Below are positions 57,438-64,000 of a DNA stretch of 64,000 bases, piece by piece. The stretch is from Promethearchaeota archaeon (lineage in GTDB: Archaea; Asgardarchaeota; Hermodarchaeia; Hermodarchaeales; Hermodarchaeaceae): the NCBI GenBank assembly GCA_048938385.1, contig JBHLMG010000001.1:160001-224000 (forward strand), in the 5' to 3' direction. Position 1 is the first letter of the stretch. Every line of letters starts with the position of its first letter. The position numbers and the translations under genes are program-made. The notes below the pieces were generated by a model. That model did not search any database. It was not told where the DNA came from and saw only the letters and a program-made list of their open reading frames with translations.

Positions 57438-58763
57438 CTAAATCACTGCGATACTCCGTTTCTTGGCTTTGAGGTATTCACTTAAGAGAGTGGGGAGGAA
57501 ATCGCCTGGTCCCACGGGAATGATCTGAACACCAACACGTCGAAAGCTCTTCGCTAAAGCTGATTGTTCTTCGAGAAGCTTATGGACGATTGCTTCACCG
57601 AGTGCCCGTTCGACGGGTGATAAGTAGATCTCTTCAATTTCGAACCAAGGTCCAAAAGGTGCAACAATGAGGGCATTGTGCTTGTAACCTCGAATCAGCT
57701 TGATTCCTTTCTCAAGGCGCGAACGGTTGGATTCCAAGTCGGTAAGGATGATGAAGAAGCTTTGTTGCCTGACCCGAGGAGCAAGGTATCGTATAGCTTC
57801 CGTTAAATCAAATTCTCCGCCTGCTTCAACTTTAGCTAATTGATCGAGCAATTGATGATAGTGCGAATCACCTAATCCAGGTTTAAGATACGCTTGGTGT
57901 TTGGTTGACCAGGCAAGCAGCCCTACATGGTCTTTTCTTTCCATAGCCATCTTTCCAAGCATTAGCGCTGCTCGAATTGCCGCCTCCAGTTTACTGTATT
58001 CGGGACGCCCAGCAGCCATCGTTGCACCAACATCCAAGATGATGAACATTCGAATGTTGCGTTCGGTTTCGTATTGTCGCATCATCAGTTTCTGTAATCG
58101 GGCTGAAGATTTCCAATCAATTCGCCGATATTCATCTCCTGTTTCGTACCTTCGTATTCCAGTGAAATCCGTGCCCATGCTCATTTGTCGTGTTTTATGT
58201 ATTCCAAACATATGACCAAGTCGGCGTTTCTGTGCAAGGCTCTCCATAATACGAACTTCTTCCACATTGGGATAAATGAGTAAGTCTTCGTAATTTTCCC
58301 CTGACATCTCCTCAAATCGATATTCAAGTCGATCATGGATTTGAAACTTTGTGGGTCCGAAGGTGAATTTTCCGCGTAAGGGTGCTTGTAGGATATAGGA
58401 AAACTTCACTTCTTGGTTAGGGTCAATTCGTGTTTGAATAGCGTTCTTACCTAGTACTAACTGAAACACCTCAGGGTACACATCAAAAATGTGAACAGAG
58501 TCGATTCGGTGGGCTCCTGAGTTTCGTACAGTTAGTTTCACATGAAAGAAGTCGTTTTGGAAGATGTTGCGTTTATCGATTTCTCGAGTTACTTGGAGCG
58601 TTTCGATAGGCATTGTGAGCTGAAAATAAGGAGAACTAGCGACTGATCCAATGATGAGGAAAATGCCCAGTAGCGTTAGGACATAGTTGGTAAAGGCAAA
58701 GCCTGCAACCAGAACGAAGATTCCGATGAGTAGGACGGTTCGGCCACGGTCAGAAAAGACCAA
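57438..58763 (-). CDS. DUF58 domain protein (vWA-like)
   Basis: IRRYETGDEYRRIDWKSSAR, ILTDL. Confidence 0.9.
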   Translation of the reverse strand: MVFSDRGRTVLLIGIFVLVAGFAFTNYVLTLLGIFLIIGSVASSPYFQLTMPIETLQVTREIDKRNIFQNDFFHVKLTVRNSGAHRIDSVHIFDVYPEVFQLVLGKNAIQTRIDPNQEVKFSYILQAPLRGKFTFGPTKFQIHDRLEYRFEEMSGENYEDLLIYPNVEEVRIMESLAQKRRLGHMFGIHKTRQMSMGTDFTGIRRYETGDEYRRIDWKSSARLQKLMMRQYETERNIRMFIILDVGATMAAGRPEYSKLEAAIRAALMLGKMAMERKDHVGLLAWSTKHQAYLKPGLGDSHYHQLLDQLAKVEAGGEFDLTEAIRYLAPRVRQQSFFIILTDLESNRSRLEKGIKLIRGYKHNALIVAPFGPWFEIEEIYLSPVERALGEAIVHKLLEEQSALAKSFRRVGVQIIPVGPGDFLPTLLSEYLKAKKRSIAVI

Positions 58764-58767
58764 AGAA

Positions 58768-59736
58768 TTACGCTCCCGGGGCGCTTATCTGTCGAAGAAT
58801 TCGATCGATTACTGCATGGGAAGAAGTTCCTTCTAATTCTGCTTCGGGTTTGAGTATTATTCGGTGATTCAGGGCGTGATGAACGAGGCTCTTAACATCA
58901 TCAGGTGTTACATAATCCCGCCCACTCAGTGCAGCGTGTACTTTCGCTGTATCTAACAAGACGATGGATGCTCTTGGTGAACCCCCAATTAGAATTTGGG
59001 GATCATTTCGAGTGCGTATTACGATATCACGAATGTACGACATGATGTACGGTTCGACGAAAACGCGTTTTGTCGTTTCTTGCATCTGAATAATTGTTGG
59101 AGGATCAACGACTGGTGATAGTTCCACTTCCTCCGGTTGGTGTTTTCGGCGAAGAATTTCGACCTCTTCAGCATCAGAGGGATAGTCAACATGAAGTTTG
59201 AAGAGAAACCGGTCAATCTGAGCTTCTGGGAGGGGATATGTCCCTTCAAGTTCAATGGGGTTCTGTGTTGCTAAGACCATAAAGGGGTCTGGTAGAGGAA
59301 GTGTGGATCCCTCAATGGTTACCTGCTTTTCTTGCATTGCCTCAAGCAATGCTGATTGTGTTTTGGGAGGAGAGCGATTCACTTCGTCTGCTAACACTAG
59401 GTTCGAAAAGACAGGGCCTTTTCGTAGTCGAAATTCACCCGTATTGGGGTCATAGATATTAGTCCCAACAATGTCTGCTGGTAACATATCTGGCGTGAAT
59501 TGGATACGCTTAAATTCACACCCAATGGCTTGAGCAAAGGCATTAGCCATGTAGGTCTTGGCAATACCCGGAACACCTTCTAAAAGAATGTGTCCTTTAG
59601 CCATCAGGCCAATCAAGAGGTTTTGTAAAACATTGCGTTTTCCAACTATGACCTTGCCTACTTCGTCTAAAATGGTTGTGGCGTGGCTTCGCACTTCTTT
59701 GATGGACAAACCGTCCCTGGATCTTCTCCTACTCAT
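58768..59736 (-). CDS. moxR: MoxR family AAA+ ATPase
   Basis: GVPGIAKT, RIQFTPDMLPAD, ATQNPIELEGTYPLPEAQIDRF. Confidence 0.95.
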   Translation of the reverse strand: MSRRRSRDGLSIKEVRSHATTILDEVGKVIVGKRNVLQNLLIGLMAKGHILLEGVPGIAKTYMANAFAQAIGCEFKRIQFTPDMLPADIVGTNIYDPNTGEFRLRKGPVFSNLVLADEVNRSPPKTQSALLEAMQEKQVTIEGSTLPLPDPFMVLATQNPIELEGTYPLPEAQIDRFLFKLHVDYPSDAEEVEILRRKHQPEEVELSPVVDPPTIIQMQETTKRVFVEPYIMSYIRDIVIRTRNDPQILIGGSPRASIVLLDTAKVHAALSGRDYVTPDDVKSLVHHALNHRIILKPEAELEGTSSHAVIDRILRQISAPGA

Positions 59737-59743
59737 GGTTAAT

Positions 59744-61195
59744 TCATCCTATGTTATCTCGTATTCGTTCTATCTTGAAAAAAAGATCAAGAAATTGTTC
59801 CCGATCAATTCGACGCGATTCACGAAGCGCTTTTTCAATCGCTTCAAAATCCGTTGTTAGTTGCCCAATGTCATCAGGTTGTCGGCTTCGTGATATTGTG
59901 ACTAATAGTCTTGGCACATCAAAAACGCGTAATCCGTGTTTGCGTCGTAAATCACGTTTTAGTTGCCCATAAATCACCGCTAACGCATCGTCGTAGCGTT
60001 GGGTGTTGATGTAATCGTATAAGGTTCGGGTAAACAGGGTTTGACCACGAAGCCGGTAGATCTCCATAGGTTTCTGTTTCTCCGGTTTTCCAAACGGAAT
60101 GTATTTGCGGACCATCCAGATGGCTAAGAGCGGAGCTAAAGGGGCTAAAAGCCAATTGGTCGAGACATAGGTTATTTGACCTAACAATAAACCCACATAA
60201 AGAACGGGTGAGGTTGATGGCCATCCAAGATGGTTGTGGTCAAAAATAATCGAAGTCGCATTTGCTTGTTGAGCGAGATAGGAAAACAGTTGCAGAGCAA
60301 AAGCGCGATTGCTCCCACGGTCAATCATGTTATTGATAAAAATACTTGGGTCGCTTAGAAGCATCAATGTGCCATTTCCTGCACGCATCTCAGCTAGAAG
60401 GGGGAACGGTCCCACTTGGTCGCCGCGAGATTGATTGTAGGCAATTAAGTTAGGATCTCCACCTTGTTGGATTAAGGTAAGAACATCTGCAGCGACGATC
60501 CATGAATTAGTAGAAGAACTGGCTAATGAAGCATTCATTGGTACGCCACTAAGACCAGTCGCATAATTCATGATAACATGATGGGTGCCGGAAAAAATCC
60601 GTCCTCCATCGTTGAAAGTGCTGATGACTGGAAGGAGGGGTTTCCCGTCTTCATTGGAATCAGCATCCAATAGAAGGCCTCGATTGAAGCGAATTGACGA
60701 TATTCTAGTGAATCCCAACATTTCTGCTGGAAAATCTGGTACTATCTGAGCAAGTCCATCGAGAATAGTGTTAGCAGACCCAAAATCGTCGGCAATTAAC
60801 ATGCTTCCCCCCTCACTAAAGAAGGCTACAAGAGCCGAACTATCAATAATGGAGAAGTAATGCGTGGGTCCTAGTACAACAAGGACGCTACGATTGGGAA
60901 TACCGTTTATCACGCTTAATGAGCTAATCAGAGGCCTGACATCATAACCATCCGTCGTTAACGCCTCTGCTAGTTCGGAGCATCCATCTCCAGGTGGGTC
61001 AATGTTGTTGTAGATAGAAAAGGGAAGAGTATCCACACCACCTACACCAGTCACACTTAGAACAATTGGTAACCAAGCTATGGCAAACACGAAGGCAAAC
61101 ACGAAGATCGTTATGAACTTACTTCGTTTTTGAGCCTCAGCCGCCTTCGGTCTGCTCGGTGGTTGATTCGGGGGACTGTTGTTCTTGTGTGACAA
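59744..61195 (-). CDS. DUF4350-type membrane-anchored protein
   Basis: N-terminal TM, FSIYN..GCS, LIADDFG..N, SDPSIFIN.M. Confidence 0.75.
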   Translation of the reverse strand: MSHKNNSPPNQPPSRPKAAEAQKRSKFITIFVFAFVFAIAWLPIVLSVTGVGGVDTLPFSIYNNIDPPGDGCSELAEALTTDGYDVRPLISSLSVINGIPNRSVLVVLGPTHYFSIIDSSALVAFFSEGGSMLIADDFGSANTILDGLAQIVPDFPAEMLGFTRISSIRFNRGLLLDADSNEDGKPLLPVISTFNDGGRIFSGTHHVIMNYATGLSGVPMNASLASSSTNSWIVAADVLTLIQQGGDPNLIAYNQSRGDQVGPFPLLAEMRAGNGTLMLLSDPSIFINNMIDRGSNRAFALQLFSYLAQQANATSIIFDHNHLGWPSTSPVLYVGLLLGQITYVSTNWLLAPLAPLLAIWMVRKYIPFGKPEKQKPMEIYRLRGQTLFTRTLYDYINTQRYDDALAVIYGQLKRDLRRKHGLRVFDVPRLLVTISRSRQPDDIGQLTTDFEAIEKALRESRRIDREQFLDLFFKIERIRDNIG

Positions 61196-64000
61196 ACCGT
61201 AAATTGCCTCCTGTCAGGGAGTTATACATTTTTGCAAAAGCGTTGAGAGCTGATAGAGCGGTGTTGTAGCTGATAGGGTGGTCACTATAGCGGGCCTCTT
61301 CAACGCCTCGAATGAAGACCTCCATGTTTCGCGTATCTAATCGACCATGCGCAACGGCTAGATTACCAAATTCGCGAACCGTAATACTAGGATCACGGAA
61401 CAATCCTAGCTTTGCTTGAAGGATGGTTTCAAACATTCGAAAAGCGTAGATAATGGCATCTCGATATTTCTGTTGGGTCAAGAGTTGGCGAAGCGTTGTT
61501 AGCATAGCTGCAGCGTCAATTGATGGAGCAGTAGTTGTCCTCGGACGGCGTTTCCAATATCGATAGCCTAAGATTACTGCCACGATGACGATGATGCCAA
61601 TAGCAATAGCAATAATCCATTCTAACGGAAAGTTTAGGGGGGGTGGTTGCATAATTTCTTCTGCCTCCACAGTAATGGTTCTAACAGTAGAGTTTAGGGT
61701 AATTATCGTTTCGTGCCGAAGCTCTAAACGGTACTGAGTATCTTGGTTTCCCGAAGGGGCAAAATTTATCGAGAAACTGACATGCCCAGCTGAGTCTGAG
61801 ACGGCTGAGATCCTGGTCGTACCATTCACAAATAGTTGGATATCTCGTAAGATGAGCGCGCGCCCAAAGTTATCAAGGAGCGTTCCATTCACTACGACGG
61901 TTGCATTCCAAGCATAAGGACCCGGTAAAACATCAATTAGTAATGTAGCGTTTGAGAAGACGCTGAGAAGTTGGGAATTGTTACTGAAACCATAGTAGCT
62001 AGTCCTCATATAAGACGCATTTATGGAGACGGTTGAAACAGATCCTGGAATAGAGAAAGGAAGGGTAAACGGTAGAGAGAAAGTGCCACCTGTTTGCGCG
62101 AGAACGGTTCCGACTGGAATAAAAGTAGATAAGTATGAAATACTAACGCCAACGCTTTGTCCCGATAGTCCTACTCCTTGATCATCAATAATCTGACCGG
62201 TTAGTGTCACTGTTTCACCTAACATCGCCTGGGACCTGTCAATAACTAAGTTTTGAATTTGAGTTGTGGAGTTAATCACGAAATAATCAATAGAGCTAAC
62301 TACTTGAAGCGTTCCGGAGACAATGTCGCCAGTCACCTCCATAAGTCCCACGGAAAGAGTTGGTCCGAGTAGGTGGTTCACTGAATAGGAACCGTTTGGT
62401 AAAGTGATGGTTTCGATGACCTGGGTCTGGTTCAGGTAGATACGGACGGTTATGCCTCCTTGTGGATTTCCATCTTGGTCTTCCACCCATCCTGAATATT
62501 GAACAGTTGCACCGCGTTGTGTTATGTCATCCCCATCGTCGTCACTAACAAAGACGATGATGGAGCCTTCTTCATGAACGCGTGCAAGGTTGATTGCTTG
62601 TGAGCCAAAAACATAGAGACTTCCATTCCCCAGAAACTGCGCTTGGAGAGTGACTTGACCAACTTGGGTGGGTGTATAATTGTAAGTGTAGTAGCCGGAG
62701 CTGTCTGTGGTGCTTGATAAGGGGGTGCTGTTCCAAAGAAGTTGAATTGGCTGGTTTGCAATGCCGGTTCCATTTTCGAAGCGTAATTGACCTTGTATAA
62801 TGGTTGGACTATTCAGCCGAATAGAGTTTGGTATGGCTTGTACCGACAACAGTGAGGTTGCAGTGATATTCACATCTTCACTCAGACTGAGGACAGCGTC
62901 GATAACGCTAGGAATTACAAAACCTGCTTGTGCAGCGGTCAATCCTAAGGGAACATGAGAAGCTGGCACTCTGTAATCTATGCTATACCGTCCTTGTGAG
63001 TCAGTAAGAGCTTGAGTGACAACAACTAGGTTAAGGAGTACATTCACTCCAGTATAACCAGTCTCGTATACAGATAATCCTCGCCCGTTCGTTGCGTCTG
63101 TGAGGGTGCCATTAAACCGGACATACATGGTGCGATTCAATTCAAGGGGAGTTGCCGAAAAAGAAAGGCTTGCGGCCCCATGAAGCGCGATCGCTGAATA
63201 TTCGCTTCGGGCACTAAAGGCAACACGAAGCAAATGAAATCCCACGATTGCAGTACCGTTGTACTGAAAAGTAATGCTGGCCTCACCGGTTGCGGTCGTG
63301 GTGTTGCTACCAAGAACCCAATTTTCCGTTTCATCATAAAACCAAAGGGTTTGACCTGCACTGGGAACTCCGTCTTGAGTGAGAGTTGCTCTTATTTGGA
63401 AGGGCACACCTCGGTCAACGATCGGAGGCGTTACTTCAATGGTGAGATTATAGTAGGTACTAATTACATAGGGATCTTGGTCAGGGGGCTTGGGTTCTGG
63501 AGAACTGCGTGTAGATGGGACTGGTGGTGGGCTTCCATCTGTAATGAAACTTGGTAACGGCGTGGGATCAAATTGAAGCCAATATCCTTGGGTTGGACTA
63601 ACAGGAATATAGACTTCTACCCAAAAGTGAATGTGCATTGGATGTAAAATGCGCCGAGTTCCTTGATTTTCGCCAAGAATCGCTCCAACTACAGGTCGTG
63701 CGGCAATTCCTGCTTGTCGGAGGAACATGGCATAGGTAGTAGCAAAGTCCACACCTACGCCTGCTCCTTGAGAGAGAAACCATTCAACATGTTCTTCACT
63801 TGAACTAGGGCGTGCTACGAAGGGGTCGAAGGTGAATGTGGCTTTGAAATAGTTAAGGATCGCGAAGGCTTCTTCGAAGGCGTTATCAGGAACGGTGGTG
63901 AGAATGGTGTTTAATCGTGATTGTACATCAGCGATAGTTGAGGGGCTCATTTGGTTGAGGCCCTGTTGCTGGTACTGGGAAAGTAAGGCGGAGGGTGTGA
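61137..64000 (-). CDS. Large transglutaminase-like, Ig-repeat, membrane-anchored protein with DUF4129-like tail (N-terminus outside window)
   Basis: HFWVEVY, W..FDPT, repeated G.L.D..G.G Ig-like units, TM helix, EEARYS; frame open to window end. Confidence 0.85.
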   Translation of the reverse strand, partial: TPSALLSQYQQQGLNQMSPSTIADVQSRLNTILTTVPDNAFEEAFAILNYFKATFTFDPFVARPSSSEEHVEWFLSQGAGVGVDFATTYAMFLRQAGIAARPVVGAILGENQGTRRILHPMHIHFWVEVYIPVSPTQGYWLQFDPTPLPSFITDGSPPPVPSTRSSPEPKPPDQDPYVISTYYNLTIEVTPPIVDRGVPFQIRATLTQDGVPSAGQTLWFYDETENWVLGSNTTTATGEASITFQYNGTAIVGFHLLRVAFSARSEYSAIALHGAASLSFSATPLELNRTMYVRFNGTLTDATNGRGLSVYETGYTGVNVLLNLVVVTQALTDSQGRYSIDYRVPASHVPLGLTAAQAGFVIPSVIDAVLSLSEDVNITATSLLSVQAIPNSIRLNSPTIIQGQLRFENGTGIANQPIQLLWNSTPLSSTTDSSGYYTYNYTPTQVGQVTLQAQFLGNGSLYVFGSQAINLARVHEEGSIIVFVSDDDGDDITQRGATVQYSGWVEDQDGNPQGGITVRIYLNQTQVIETITLPNGSYSVNHLLGPTLSVGLMEVTGDIVSGTLQVVSSIDYFVINSTTQIQNLVIDRSQAMLGETVTLTGQIIDDQGVGLSGQSVGVSISYLSTFIPVGTVLAQTGGTFSLPFTLPFSIPGSVSTVSINASYMRTSYYGFSNNSQLLSVFSNATLLIDVLPGPYAWNATVVVNGTLLDNFGRALILRDIQLFVNGTTRISAVSDSAGHVSFSINFAPSGNQDTQYRLELRHETIITLNSTVRTITVEAEEIMQPPPLNFPLEWIIAIAIGIIVIVAVILGYRYWKRRPRTTTAPSIDAAAMLTTLRQLLTQQKYRDAIIYAFRMFETILQAKLGLFRDPSITVREFGNLAVAHGRLDTRNMEVFIRGVEEARYSDHPISYNTALSALNAFAKMYNSLTGGNLRFVTQEQQSPESTTEQTEGG

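Overview
Core-genome window of an archaeon, probably Asgard or TACK-related. This is inferred from the unsplit Rpo2, split Rpo1, the uS12-uS7-EF1A-uS10 order without EF-2, a stand-alone 5S rRNA and intron-rich tRNAs. It holds many translation, transcription and RNA-processing genes, 12 tRNA genes (8 with introns, 11 introns in total, 7 at non-canonical positions), 5S rRNA, SRP RNA, a TnpB element and a free-standing LAGLIDADG gene. Main observation: dnaG is interrupted by a 28-nt frame-shifting insert (20501-20528) that folds into a bulge-helix-bulge (BHB) motif. Cutting it by the tRNA-endonuclease rule restores the conserved QTEGLLGEDL motif, so it is a candidate tRNA-type mRNA intron. Splicing components (an EndA subunit, RtcB, archease) lie in the same window, and the SRP RNA carries a possible intron too. 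Other highlights are an unannotated H/ACA guide hairpin predicted to target the 23S peptidyl-transferase centre followed by ~230 nt of unexplained structured RNA, a TnpB with a Fanzor-like rearranged RuvC site, a 5S rRNA with a eukaryote-like loop C, and structured leaders before rpo2 and rpl3. All calls were made by eye from the sequence; no database searches were run.
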